Shown here: one piece after another, positions 12,033 through 21,316 of the stretch
Layout of the letters: each line of letters opens with the position of its first letter
Numbering within the stretch: position 1 is the stretch's first letter
Assembly: GCA_963677595.1 (NCBI GenBank)
Contig: OY782041.1
Span: 1,632,001 to 1,696,000, forward strand
Source of the DNA: Spirochaetia bacterium
GTDB taxonomy: Bacteria > Spirochaetota > Spirochaetia > CAKZLE01
Length of the DNA: 64,000 nt
Reading direction: 5' to 3'
The notes under the pieces: model-generated
Databases searched by the model: none
Told to the model about the DNA's origin: nothing
Seen by the model: only the letters and a program-made list of their open reading frames with translations
Made by a program: the position numbers and the translations under genes

Positions 12033-12944
12033 ATGGGAACAGGTTCACTCCACCAGGCACAGGATGATTTCGCAAAGGCCAGGATCAAGGCACGATTCGA
12101 CATCTTCGTATCCGCACTGCAGATGAAACGTACCGACTTGCTCTCACTCTACGACGTGAAGGAACTGCTGAAGCCGAAGACCGAAACCTACATCGGGGTG
12201 AAGCCGATCGAGATCAAGAAGATCGTCGGCAGTGAGGGACGCTACCAGGATTTCAACCGGACCTTCCTCCCGAAGAAGGAGATGCTCAGGACCCGGTGGC
12301 AGAGTATCGATCGTGCCCATATGCAGTATGTCGACCTGCCGCCGATCAGCGTCTACAAGATCGGTGATTCCTACTTCGTCCGGGACGGGAACCACCGGGT
12401 CTCCGTGGCGAAGACGCGGGGGATCGAGTTCATCGATGCATCCATCGTGGAGCTGGGGTCGGAGATCACCCCGGAACCCGGGATGTCTATGTACAAGCTG
12501 AGGAAGATGGTCATCAACTATGAACGGAAACGGTTCCTTGAGGAGTATCCCCAGTTCCAGGAAGCTGAGATCGGGAAGATCCGGTTCAGTGCCCCAGGGC
12601 GCTATACCGAGATGCTCCACCATATAGAGGTCCATAAGTACTATATCAACGAGACCGGGGTCTGGGACATGGACTTCACAGCTTCCGCCTCCTCCTGGTA
12701 CGAGAATGTCTACCTGCCGATCATCCGGGAGATACGGTTGGAGAAGATCCTGACCAAGTTCCCCGGCAGGACCGAAGGCGACATGTACATGTGGATCATC
12801 CGCTATTGGGAGGAGCTCAGGAAGAAATACGGGGAGGAGATGACAGTCTCCCGTGCTGCCCGGGACCTGACGGAGAAGTATGGGAAGAGCTTCCTTGACA
12901 GGCTCCGGGAGCGGATCGCGTATATCTTCTCGAAGAAGGTCTGA
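12033..12944 (+). CDS. ParB/Srx-fold protein with DUF4032-like C-terminal region
   Basis: IVGS.GR..DF, LPPI.VYKIGD.YFVRDGNHRVSVA; HKYY and FPGRT..D.Y.W. Confidence 0.75.
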   Translation: MGTGSLHQAQDDFAKARIKARFDIFVSALQMKRTDLLSLYDVKELLKPKTETYIGVKPIEIKKIVGSEGRYQDFNRTFLPKKEMLRTRWQSIDRAHMQYVDLPPISVYKIGDSYFVRDGNHRVSVAKTRGIEFIDASIVELGSEITPEPGMSMYKLRKMVINYERKRFLEEYPQFQEAEIGKIRFSAPGRYTEMLHHIEVHKYYINETGVWDMDFTASASSWYENVYLPIIREIRLEKILTKFPGRTEGDMYMWIIRYWEELRKKYGEEMTVSRAARDLTEKYGKSFLDRLRERIAYIFSKKV

Positions 12945-12949
12945 GTCTA

Positions 12950-13540
12950 TTAGCCTATCACGTTATCGGCGAGCATCCCTGCATAGAAGTTCAGGACCTC
13001 TTCCAGTTTCGAGGACGGCCTGATGCTGCTGTCCTTCCCGGAACAGTGGAGGATGCCTGAGACAGGCTGCTTGTCGTCGATATGGTTCACCTGCCTCCCG
13101 AGCGGGATATGGATGAGCCCCATGTGCTGGGCATAATGGATCATGTTCTGCAGGCAGAGTGTCCCGCCTCCCTCGATCAGGGAGCAGCTGGTGAAACAGG
13201 CAAAGTATTTCCCTGAGAGCAGCCCGTCGTCGAAGTAGATCGATGAGAAGTCCATGAACTGCTTCATCTCAGCCGATACATTGGCGAAGTAGGTCGGGCT
13301 GCCAAGGACGATGAGGTCGCTCTTGAGCAGGGTCTCGGAATTGGCCACGGGAAGGCTCGAGATCTCCTCATAGTAGTCATTGGCACTCTCGAGCTGGTTG
13401 GCCCAGATATGGAGGTCGGGATCCTCGACCCGGTAGAGCCGGGCATCGAGGCCGGCTGCATCCAGGGCATCCCTGAAGGCTGCTGCGATGATGTAACAGT
13501 TCCCGCAGACACTGTGGAAGATAATTGAACAACGTTTCAT
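12950..13540 (-). CDS. Flavodoxin-like (WrbA-type) protein
   Basis: FHS.CGN loop, LGSPTYFANVS; start at RBS AGGAG-preceded ATG. Confidence 0.8.
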   Translation of the reverse strand: MKRCSIIFHSVCGNCYIIAAAFRDALDAAGLDARLYRVEDPDLHIWANQLESANDYYEEISSLPVANSETLLKSDLIVLGSPTYFANVSAEMKQFMDFSSIYFDDGLLSGKYFACFTSCSLIEGGGTLCLQNMIHYAQHMGLIHIPLGRQVNHIDDKQPVSGILHCSGKDSSIRPSSKLEEVLNFYAGMLADNVIG

Positions 13541-13719
13541 GGGGGGCTCCTTATGTTGGTAGTATACCATGATACCGGCAGAAACCGCGGTAATAAATAG
13601 GTGAAATACCCGTTCTTTTTTTACATATTATACTTAAACGTCAAGGAAACCGAAGAGGTTACAAAAAGGTTACGATTGTTAAAACTTTTCCTATGAAAAT
13701 CGAGAATATCATGTATAAT

Positions 13720-13855
13720 GAATATGTTGCCAACGCGACAACATATCGCAACTTGCCGGATTTGCGATTTTTTGTACCTGTGGATCAATTAGAACATGGG
13801 ATGCAAAAGGGGGTTACCGCTTCTCCTTCCATTTATGGGAGAGCGGTTTTTTTTT
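13720..13855 (+). ncRNA. Candidate small RNA / small-peptide transcription unit
   Basis: TATAAT at 13714-13719, two overlapping hairpins, strong terminator; family not recognised. Confidence 0.35.
13816..13855 (+). terminator. Intrinsic terminator
   Basis: ACCGCTTCTCC...GGGAGAGCGGT followed by long T run. Confidence 0.8.
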
Positions 13856-13872
13856 GCCCAAATGGTTTCGGC

Positions 13873-13901
13873 TTGCCCACAGCCCCTATGCCTTGTATAA
13901 T
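13873..13901 (+). promoter_or_regulatory. Sigma70-type promoter of LysE gene
   Basis: TTGCCC-N17-TATAAT, 9 nt before ATG. Confidence 0.7.
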
Positions 13902-13910
13902 CCTACCAGC

Positions 13911-14516
13911 ATGGACTTCGAATACACGACGCTAGTGACATTCATCCTCATCACCACCTTCACCCCGGGGCCGAACAACATCAGCAGCGCCTCGATGGGG
14001 CTGAACTTCGGGTACCGCCGTACCTTCCCCTATCTGTTGGGGATCTATTCAGGTTTCGTCATCATCATGGGGCTGTGCGCCCTTGTCGCGGGCCTCCTCT
14101 CAGACACGATGCCCCGCATCCAGCGATACCTCGCCTGGGTCGGAGCGATCTACATCCTCTACCTTGCCTACCATACCTTCCGTGCCTCCTATAGGTTCAA
14201 GGAGGGGGAGCAGGCTATCCTGGGGTTCGGTCAAGGGGCCTTGCTGCAGCTCTTCAACCCGAAGGTGATCATCTACGGGCTGACCCTCTACACCGGGTTC
14301 CTCCACGATATCGTAGTAAGTCCCTACCAGAAGGTCGGAAGCGCCTTCCTCTTTGCCCTGATGAGCCTCATCTCCACCTCGACCTGGACGCTCTTCGGTT
14401 CCGGCATCAGGGAGCTCTTCCATCACGAGGGTGCCAGGCTGGTGGTAAACTCGGTCCTCTCCCTGCTGCTGGTCGCCACAGCCGTCCAGATCTCGGGGAT
14501 CATACCGGGGTTCTAG
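13911..14516 (+). CDS. LysE family amino-acid exporter
   Basis: TPGPNN, G..YILYLAY, Q..NPKV motifs. Confidence 0.88.
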   Translation: MDFEYTTLVTFILITTFTPGPNNISSASMGLNFGYRRTFPYLLGIYSGFVIIMGLCALVAGLLSDTMPRIQRYLAWVGAIYILYLAYHTFRASYRFKEGEQAILGFGQGALLQLFNPKVIIYGLTLYTGFLHDIVVSPYQKVGSAFLFALMSLISTSTWTLFGSGIRELFHHEGARLVVNSVLSLLLVATAVQISGIIPGF

Positions 14517-14599
14517 GAGGACTCAGCTTTTAGCTCCGATCTCATGTCGTACCGTTTCAGACGTGGACCGATCTAAACTCAGAGTTTAGATTTGTCCAA

Positions 14600-14994
14600 T
14601 TTTGTCGCAGTATACGAATGATATTGATGAAGACATCAGTGTTGAGGGATTCTTACTTGGAGTTGGAGGCCAGCCACAAGGCAAAATTCAGATAGATTCA
14701 TAGCTCTCCAGCCACAGTCTGGGACTAAGTCTTTACACTGAATAAAAACTGGATTTTACATACACATAGATGTGCTCTCATCTGAATACGCGAAGAAGCA
14801 CTTTCATTACTCTGCGCACTATAGGGGGTTTTGGCAAATATTACTTTGCGTACTGTTGACTTTTTTCTGATCAGATCACGTCAGAGCCACAACCCGGTAG
14901 GGTCTTCCATCGACTCCTTGGAGTTTTACCGGAAGAGCTATAAGGAGGAAAAATTCATTTTTAGTTTATAGTTTTTGTCGAAGTATACGAATGA
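14600..14994. repeat. 22-bp imperfect direct repeat pair flanking an AT-rich insert
   Basis: TTTTGTCG(C/A)AGTATACGAATGA at 14600-14621 and 14973-14994. Confidence 0.75.
14617..14703 (+). pseudogene. C-terminal remnant of a DUF2442-like gene
   Basis: Translates NDIDEDISVEGFLLG..., resembling the DUF2442 C-terminal motif; in-frame stop just upstream at 14587. Confidence 0.4.
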
Positions 14995-15062
14995 GAAGGC
15001 TGCCTTGATGGAAGAAGTCCCTGGTCATCTCATCTTGAGACGGGATGACCAGGTTGGATCAG

Positions 15063-15383
15063 CTATGGGCTGGGCATCTTGATCACGAGGATCCTCGCGA
15101 TCGATTCACTGTCCGCATTGGTCAGTGCATGGGGGATCTCTTTCGGGCTCTCGATCATCTGGTTGGGGGTGAATACCTTGCTCTCATCCCCGATGTCGAT
15201 CTGGATCGCACCTTCTAGGACATAGAAGACGACATTCACCGGGGTCTTGTGTGAAGGCAGGGTTGCCCCGGGCTTCAGGGTGATGTGGACAATCGTCCCT
15301 TCTTTTGCGACATAGATCCTCTCAGGGTTGACCTCTTTCTCCAGCTGGTCGGGTTCCTTGACTTCGATGGTCTTATATTCCAT
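15063..15383 (-). CDS. Cupin domain protein
   Basis: H.TP..V.FYVLEG, PH.L.N cupin motifs. Confidence 0.85.
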   Translation of the reverse strand: MEYKTIEVKEPDQLEKEVNPERIYVAKEGTIVHITLKPGATLPSHKTPVNVVFYVLEGAIQIDIGDESKVFTPNQMIESPKEIPHALTNADSESIARILVIKMPSP

Positions 15384-15443
15384 GGTTGACTCCTCTCTTC
15401 TTGGTCTATAGGAGGAGTATACTCACGGGAGGGGGGAGAAATC

Positions 15444-15459
15444 TGTGACCTTGGTTACG
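15444..15459. promoter_or_regulatory. Candidate Crp/HcpR-type site
   Basis: TGTGA-ccttgg-TTACG upstream of the cupin gene. Confidence 0.5.
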
Positions 15460-16300
15460 CTTTCTTCTCTTTTTTCAGCTCGATCCTGTTATCGTACAGG
15501 GCGATCATCCGCTGGCGGTAGAGCGTTCCCACCGCAGCCTTGAACTGCTTCTTGCTCATGCCAAGCTCGGTCCTGATCGTCTCTGACGGGCTCTTGTCAT
15601 GGAGATAGAGGACCCCGCCGTTCTTCTCGAGCTTCGAGAGGATGATCTGCTGGTTCTCGTTGACAGCAGGACGGAAGCCGATCGGCTTGACGGTGCAGTC
15701 GAGCTTCCCGTCCTCGCGTATGTGCTTCACATAGCCGGTGACCCGCTCTCCCCGCTCCAGGGGGGTGACGAGGTCGCTGTTGAAGACGATGCCCCGGTAG
15801 GTGTCGTTCACGATGACGTTCGCGCCGAGCTTGGAGAGGCCGACTACCACCATCGATACCTCGCTCCCGGGCTCGAGGCCTTCGGGTTCGTAGGAGATGA
15901 AATCCTCGATGTAGGTGGTGCCGATCACGCCGGTCTTCTCGAAGTCCAGGACCAGGCGCACCAGGGCATAGTCCCCTGCCTCATAATCGCGCTTGAGGTT
16001 CTTGGTCGGGACGAAGAGGTCCTTCGAGATGCCCCAGTCGAGGAAGATGCCGAAGGATGTGACATCCTTCACGTTGAGTACCGCGCACTGGTCGACCAGC
16101 CCCTTCGGTTTCCGCATGGTCGCCTTCAGGCTCTCCTTCTGGTCGTTATAGATGAAGACGGTGACCTTCTCCCCGACCTTCACGATATCGGTGACCTCCC
16201 GCTTCGGGAGCAGTACCTGGCGGTTTCCCCCATCCAGCAGGAACCCCTGCCGGTTCTCACTCGTGACGGTCAATTGATTCATCTTCCCGATCTGCAGCAT
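15455..16300 (-). CDS. cvfB: CvfB-family S1 RNA-binding protein
   Basis: IGK.N.L.V, G.FLDWG..KDLFVP, DKSP...I....GMSKK.FK.AVG.LY. Confidence 0.85.
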   Translation of the reverse strand: MLQIGKMNQLTVTSENRQGFLLDGGNRQVLLPKREVTDIVKVGEKVTVFIYNDQKESLKATMRKPKGLVDQCAVLNVKDVTSFGIFLDWGISKDLFVPTKNLKRDYEAGDYALVRLVLDFEKTGVIGTTYIEDFISYEPEGLEPGSEVSMVVVGLSKLGANVIVNDTYRGIVFNSDLVTPLERGERVTGYVKHIREDGKLDCTVKPIGFRPAVNENQQIILSKLEKNGGVLYLHDKSPSETIRTELGMSKKQFKAAVGTLYRQRMIALYDNRIELKKEKKA

Positions 16301-16431
16301 CTCAACTCCTTCTGTAGGCGGGTATCATCCCCGCCCCTGACCTGCATTATAGTTGCGGCATGGGCACATTGCAAGAAGCGATAGGAGGACAGCCGGCTAT
16401 ATGCTATCATATTATGCAGGGGAGGGCGCCG

Positions 16432-17106
16432 ATGACAGAGACCAAGCAGCTATTGAAGGAGCATATACTCTTTTCCGGGATACCTGATGAACTGGTGGAC
16501 CGGATCATCTCGAAGAGCAGGATTATCAAGAGAAAGAACGGTGAGACCCTCTACAGCCCCCACGACCAGTGCCGCTCCATGACCTTCCTCCTCACGGGGA
16601 GGCTCCGCATGGAGAAGCTGCTGCCCAACGGGAAGGTGGTCGTGCTGAACAACCTGGAACCGGGCGCCTGCCTCTCTGAGGCCTGCGCCTTCCTGGGGAA
16701 GCCCTACCCGGTATGGGTGGTGGCTGCCGGGGAGGTGACGGTCCTGAGCATCCCGATCGAGACGATCAGCGAGCTCTCCGGGAACAATCCCTTCTCTGCC
16801 GGGCTCTTCATGACCCTGTCCCAGAAGCTCTTCAGGCTGCAGGAGAAGCTCGAGCTGCTCTCGGTGAGTTCTGCCGAGCAGCGTGTCGCCCTCTATATCA
16901 TGAGGCTGGCCGGGGAAGACTATGAAGGGGAGTTCTCCCTGCCCGGGACGAAGACCGCCATCGCGGGGGAGATGGGATTGAGCCGGGAGACGGTCTCGAG
17001 GGTCTTCTCTGCCTTCCTCGACCGGGGTATCCTCACCGACATGGGTCGCGGGGCCTACCGGATCGAGGATATCGAGGAACTTTCCGATATCCTCGAAGAT
17101 ATGTGA
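16432..17106 (+). CDS. Crp/Fnr family regulator (HcpR-like)
   Basis: cNMP-binding-like N-domain and C-terminal HTH (IAGEMGLSRETVSR); RBS GGAGG. Confidence 0.9.
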   Translation: MTETKQLLKEHILFSGIPDELVDRIISKSRIIKRKNGETLYSPHDQCRSMTFLLTGRLRMEKLLPNGKVVVLNNLEPGACLSEACAFLGKPYPVWVVAAGEVTVLSIPIETISELSGNNPFSAGLFMTLSQKLFRLQEKLELLSVSSAEQRVALYIMRLAGEDYEGEFSLPGTKTAIAGEMGLSRETVSRVFSAFLDRGILTDMGRGAYRIEDIEELSDILEDM

Positions 17107-17117
17107 CATCCATCACA
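17102..17117. promoter_or_regulatory. Perfect Crp-type palindrome
   Basis: TGTGA-catcca-TCACA overlapping the regulator stop codon, upstream of the permease genes. Confidence 0.7.
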
Positions 17118-17172
17118 GAAGATCCTGCGTACATACGGTATCGTCCAGCAAGATCATCTTTCTGGAGGTACT

Positions 17173-17652
17173 ATGGTACAGACGATCATACTCTACGGCT
17201 CCGCACTGGTGCTGCTGGGGATCTCCCGCATACGGGATAAACAAAAGACACGAATGACCATCACGATGGGCAGGCAGATGGCCGCGGGCTCCCTGCCTGA
17301 CATCATCGGGATCATGGGCATCATCGCATGGCTCCTCGCAGTCATCCCGCCGCAGACCATCAAGAATGTCCTCGGCGGGGAGAGTGAACTGCTCAGCACC
17401 GTCTACGGGGCGCTGATCGGGACGGTCACGATCATCCCGGCCTTCATCGCCTTCCCCCTCGCCAAGCAGCTGCTTGCCCAGGGAGCCTTCCTCATCGCGA
17501 TCGCCGCGTTCATCACGACCCTCACCATGGTGGGGTTCGCGACCTTCCCGCTGGAGCGCAAGCAATTCGGCTTCAAGTTCGCCCTCCTGCGGAACCTCTA
17601 CAGCTTCCTGGCGGCGCTGGTGATAGCCTTCCTTATGGGGGTGATCCTATGA
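17173..17652 (+). CDS. Permease subunit (DUF318/ArsP-like, split)
   Basis: Hydrophobic; P.FIAFPLA..LL..GA, E...FG.KFA..RN. Confidence 0.75.
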   Translation: MVQTIILYGSALVLLGISRIRDKQKTRMTITMGRQMAAGSLPDIIGIMGIIAWLLAVIPPQTIKNVLGGESELLSTVYGALIGTVTIIPAFIAFPLAKQLLAQGAFLIAIAAFITTLTMVGFATFPLERKQFGFKFALLRNLYSFLAALVIAFLMGVIL

Positions 17653-18338
17653 AGACAACCCTCAAACGTTATAAGTTCATCATTATCGCGATCGTTCTCT
17701 TCGCCGTCACCTTCGCCGTGAGGCAGGAGACCGCCCGGTACGGGATCTCGCTCTTCCTCGGCTTCCTGAAGGAGATGGTCCAAATCCTGCCGCCCATCAT
17801 GGTCCTGACAGCCCTGATCGGGGTGTGGGTCTCGCGTGAGACGATCATGAAGGGGTTCGGCCACGGCTCCGCCTGGAGGGGACGATTCCTCTCCCTCGCA
17901 TTGGGGACCTTCTCCGCAGGACCGATCTATGCCGCCTTCCCGGCAGCAGCCATGCTGCTCTCCAAGGGGGCGAGGGTCTCGAACGTGGTGATCATCATCA
18001 GCACCTGGGCGGTCGTGAAGCTCCCGATGCTCGTCACCGAGGCCTCGTTCCTCGGGATCCCCTTCGCGCTCACCCGCTACCTGCTGACCGTCCCCATGAT
18101 CCTGCTGCTCGGCTGGGTCATCGAGAAGCAGGTACACCCGGAAGACCTCCCGCTTGCCGATAAGCATGCGAAGATCGAGCAGGTCACCGCCAAGCTTCCC
18201 CAGCTCAACTGCCGGAAGTGCGGGCATGCGAGCTGCAGCGAGTTCGCCGAAGCCGTCGTGGACGGGTACAAACAGCTCTCCGATTGTGATATCATGACGC
18301 GGAGAGTGAAGAATGGGCAAGCAGCCAAGACGACATAA
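17649..18338 (+). CDS. Permease subunit with C-terminal Fe-S domain
   Basis: GP.YAAFP.A..LL.KGA; C-terminal LPQLNCRKCGHASC..FA..C (RnfB-type FeS motif). Confidence 0.78.
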   Translation: MKTTLKRYKFIIIAIVLFAVTFAVRQETARYGISLFLGFLKEMVQILPPIMVLTALIGVWVSRETIMKGFGHGSAWRGRFLSLALGTFSAGPIYAAFPAAAMLLSKGARVSNVVIIISTWAVVKLPMLVTEASFLGIPFALTRYLLTVPMILLLGWVIEKQVHPEDLPLADKHAKIEQVTAKLPQLNCRKCGHASCSEFAEAVVDGYKQLSDCDIMTRRVKNGQAAKTT

Positions 18339-18813
18339 TACCGCGAACACCCCCTGCCTGGTCAGATTGGAGGAGGAGGCTGTGACCTACAGCCTCCATC
18401 CCTATGACCATGAGAGCGACGGCGGGTCCTACGGGCTCGAGGCGGCAGCCAAGCTTGACGTCCTGGCCGACCAGATCTTCAAGACCCTGGTGATCAGCCT
18501 CGATACGGGGGAGCTTGCTGTCTGCATCATACCGGTCACGGTGCATCTCAACCTCAAGTCGGCCGCGAAGGCTTTCGGGGTGAAGAAGGCCAGCATGGCC
18601 GATAAAACACTCGTGTCGAATACCACCGGCTATGTCCTCGGCGGGGTGAGCCCGATCGGCCAGAAGAGGCCCCTTCCCACGGTCATTGATGAGTCCGCGA
18701 TCCTCTTCGAGACGATCCTCGTCAGCGCCGGCATGCGCGGCCTTGACGTGGAACTACCCGTCGATGAGCTCCAACGGCTCACGAAGGCCTCCTTCGAGGC
18801 AGTCTCGATGTAA
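18313..18813 (+). CDS. ybaK: Cys-tRNA(Pro) deacylase
   Basis: IFKTLV, TGYVLGGVSPIGQK, VSAG.RG. Confidence 0.9.
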   Translation: MGKQPRRHNTANTPCLVRLEEEAVTYSLHPYDHESDGGSYGLEAAAKLDVLADQIFKTLVISLDTGELAVCIIPVTVHLNLKSAAKAFGVKKASMADKTLVSNTTGYVLGGVSPIGQKRPLPTVIDESAILFETILVSAGMRGLDVELPVDELQRLTKASFEAVSM

Positions 18814-18857
18814 CCATATCCTATGAGTGAGTGTTTCCCATCAGATGGAGGTGGTTG

Positions 18858-19742
18858 ATGGAGTATGAGGAACTGTTTACCAGCGTGAAGACGCTCATCA
18901 CGGAGGAGCACCTGAAGGAGTTGACCCTCCGTGTCATCTCAGCACACGAGAAGGGGACGATTCGGCGGTACATCCCGCTGCTGGACATCCTCCAACAGCC
19001 CCCCATGCAGGAAGTACCTGCGAAGGACTACACCGAAGAACCCCCGCGGCAGCTGTTCCTGCTGTTGCTGAAGAACCTGCACCCTGATAGGAGTTCCTAC
19101 CTCCTCTCCCATGCGGAAGCAGCCCGTGCGCAGGGCGATGGCGACAAGCTTCACCAGCTCCAGGAGGCTTTGAGTTTCACCCCCGGGACTGCAGGGATAC
19201 CGGTTACCGGGAGGGTGGTGGAGTCCTACGGCTATGACGACGAGGACTTCGACGCACAAGAGTATATGGGGGATGAGATCTGGTCCGAGGAGGAGCAGGT
19301 GGGTGACTTCCTCTCCGCCTGCAGTGCGGAGCTCACGGGGAATTCCGCCTATACCCTGAGACCGTTCGACCTCTCCCACCTCACCGGGGAGCTTGCCGTT
19401 CCGGGCTACGGGATCTCCGACCTCGACGGCCTTGCCTTCTGCGACGGCATCGAGGTGCTCGACCTCTCTGATAACCTCATCACCAACCTCTATGACCTCA
19501 AGGACCTCACCGGCCTGCTGGAGCTCGACCTGTCGCAGAACGAGATCGATGACCTCTCCGACCTCGCGGGGCTGGTGAACCTGCAGATACTCGATCTATC
19601 GTACAATGACATCGATGACCTCTCTGCCCTGCTGTCGCTGCCCGAGCTGCAGTACGTGAATATCAGCGGGAATCCCTGCATCGGGAACACCGAACAGCTC
19701 AACCGGCTGCTTGAGAGGGGCGTGATCATCATTGCATTTTGA
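18858..19742 (+). CDS. Leucine-rich repeat protein
   Basis: Repeated LxxLDLSxNxI units in the C-terminal half; HPD motif in the N-terminal part. Confidence 0.85.
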   Translation: MEYEELFTSVKTLITEEHLKELTLRVISAHEKGTIRRYIPLLDILQQPPMQEVPAKDYTEEPPRQLFLLLLKNLHPDRSSYLLSHAEAARAQGDGDKLHQLQEALSFTPGTAGIPVTGRVVESYGYDDEDFDAQEYMGDEIWSEEEQVGDFLSACSAELTGNSAYTLRPFDLSHLTGELAVPGYGISDLDGLAFCDGIEVLDLSDNLITNLYDLKDLTGLLELDLSQNEIDDLSDLAGLVNLQILDLSYNDIDDLSALLSLPELQYVNISGNPCIGNTEQLNRLLERGVIIIAF

Positions 19743-19801
19743 TTCTGGCGAATTATTTAGTATACTGATAGGAAAGAGACAACAGATACCAGGGGGAATA
19801 C

Positions 19802-20971
19802 ATGATAGATTTCACATTCAACAATACGACGAAGATCGTGTTCGGGAAAGATACTGAGCTGCAGGTCGGCGAACTTGCCGCACCATACGGGAAGAAGGTC
19901 CTGCTCCACTACGGCGGGGGAAGCATCAAGAAGACCGGTCTCTATGACCGGGTCGTCACCGCGTTGAAGGCCTCGGGTTTCGAGGTCTTCGAGCTCCCCG
20001 GGGTCAAGCCGAACCCGAGGCTCAGCCTGGTGCGGGAAGGCATCAGGATCTGCCGCGAGGAGGGGATAGACCTGATCCTTGCCGTCGGCGGCGGGAGCGT
20101 GATCGATTCCGCCAAGGGGATCGGCGTCGGGGTCCCCTATGACGGGGACGTATGGGACTTCTATGACGGGACTGGGTCCCCCGAGGCCTCATTGCCGGTC
20201 GCAACCATCCTGACTATCCCCGCCGCAGGGAGCGAGTCGAGTCACGGGAGTGTCGTGACCAACGAGGAGGGCTGGCTCAAGCGCCCCTGCAACTCCGAGA
20301 AGAACTACCCGGTCTTCTCGATCCTCAACCCGGAACTGGCGTTCACGCTGCCGCAGAACCAGATCGCCAACGGCACTGCCGACATCCTGGCGCATATGAT
20401 CGAGCGGTACTTCACCAACGTGAGACATGTGGACCTGACCGACCGGCTGCTCGAGGGGGCCATGCAGAACCTCATCCAGCACGCTCCCCGCGTCCTTGCC
20501 TCCCCGCAGGACTATGATGCCTGGGCGGAGGTGATGTGGACCGGGACGGTGGCACATAACAACTTCCTTGATACCGGCCGTATCGGTGACTGGGGCTCCC
20601 ATGATATCGAGCATGAGCTCAGCGGGATCTTCGACATCGCCCACGGTGCGGGGCTGGCCATCATCATCCCGGCATGGATGAAGTTCGTCTATACCCACGA
20701 CGTGAACCGGTTCGCCCAGTTCGCCGTCCGGGTCTTCTCGGTCCCCATGGACTTCCAGGAACCGGAGAAGACGGCGTTAGAGGGGATCGCCCGGCTCGAA
20801 CGCCACTTCAGGCGGATGGGCATGGCGACACGGCTCTCCGAGGTCGATATTACTCCGGCATCCTTCGAGGAGATGGCAGTGAAGGCGACTTCCGGCGACA
20901 CGCATACCCTCGGGAACTTCGTGAAGCTCGACAAGGCCGCGATCCTGGAGATCTTCAGGCTGGCGGAATAA
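19802..20971 (+). CDS. Iron-containing alcohol dehydrogenase (butanol dehydrogenase-like)
   Basis: GGGSIK, VGGGSVID.AK, H.IEHELS, HGAGLA. Confidence 0.92.
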   Translation: MIDFTFNNTTKIVFGKDTELQVGELAAPYGKKVLLHYGGGSIKKTGLYDRVVTALKASGFEVFELPGVKPNPRLSLVREGIRICREEGIDLILAVGGGSVIDSAKGIGVGVPYDGDVWDFYDGTGSPEASLPVATILTIPAAGSESSHGSVVTNEEGWLKRPCNSEKNYPVFSILNPELAFTLPQNQIANGTADILAHMIERYFTNVRHVDLTDRLLEGAMQNLIQHAPRVLASPQDYDAWAEVMWTGTVAHNNFLDTGRIGDWGSHDIEHELSGIFDIAHGAGLAIIIPAWMKFVYTHDVNRFAQFAVRVFSVPMDFQEPEKTALEGIARLERHFRRMGMATRLSEVDITPASFEEMAVKATSGDTHTLGNFVKLDKAAILEIFRLAE

Positions 20972-21007
20972 TTTAAGAAAAATTTATCGAATTGGGGTTC
21001 GGACTGC

Positions 21008-21036
21008 TTTACACAACCTGAGGAGTATTGTAAGGT
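21008..21036 (+). promoter_or_regulatory. Sigma70-type promoter
   Basis: TTTACA-N17-TAAGGT. Confidence 0.55.
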
Positions 21037-21042
21037 ATGCCC

Positions 21043-21284
21043 ATCAACAAGATATCCTGCGGTAAGGGAAGAACCTGAACTTGGGGAATCTGCTGATTCG
21101 AGACTAGAGATCAACTCCGGAATACCGGACTCAGCGTATGATCGGAAGGCGTCGTTCCTGTTTTACCTCCTTTTTAGGGATGGCGCTGACTGGTGGTATG
21201 GATTGGTGTGAGGAAGGTATTCGGTTTCTATAAGAATTCACAGATTCGGTGGCCGCACGTATTGCTCGTGCGGCCATTTTCTTT
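21043..21284 (+). ncRNA. Structured leader/ncRNA upstream of hydrogenase maturation operon
   Basis: Several helices, a long-range pairing and a terminator between promoter and first gene; family not recognised. Confidence 0.45.
21250..21284 (+). terminator. Intrinsic terminator/attenuator
   Basis: TGGCCGCACG-N7-CGTGCGGCCA-TTTTCTTT. Confidence 0.8.
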
Positions 21285-21316
21285 CCCTGATCCGTGAGGA
21301 TGACCAGGAGAGGAAG

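Noticed and set aside
13795-13822. c-di-GMP-I riboswitch-like words (GGGATGCAAA, GGGGTTACCG)
   Set aside because: The GGCAAAC/GAAA hairpin and the second stem are absent
21060-21200. TPP, T-box, ZTP or 6S identity for the leader RNA
   Set aside because: Only isolated words match (GAACCTGA, GACTGG); the remaining consensus elements are missing
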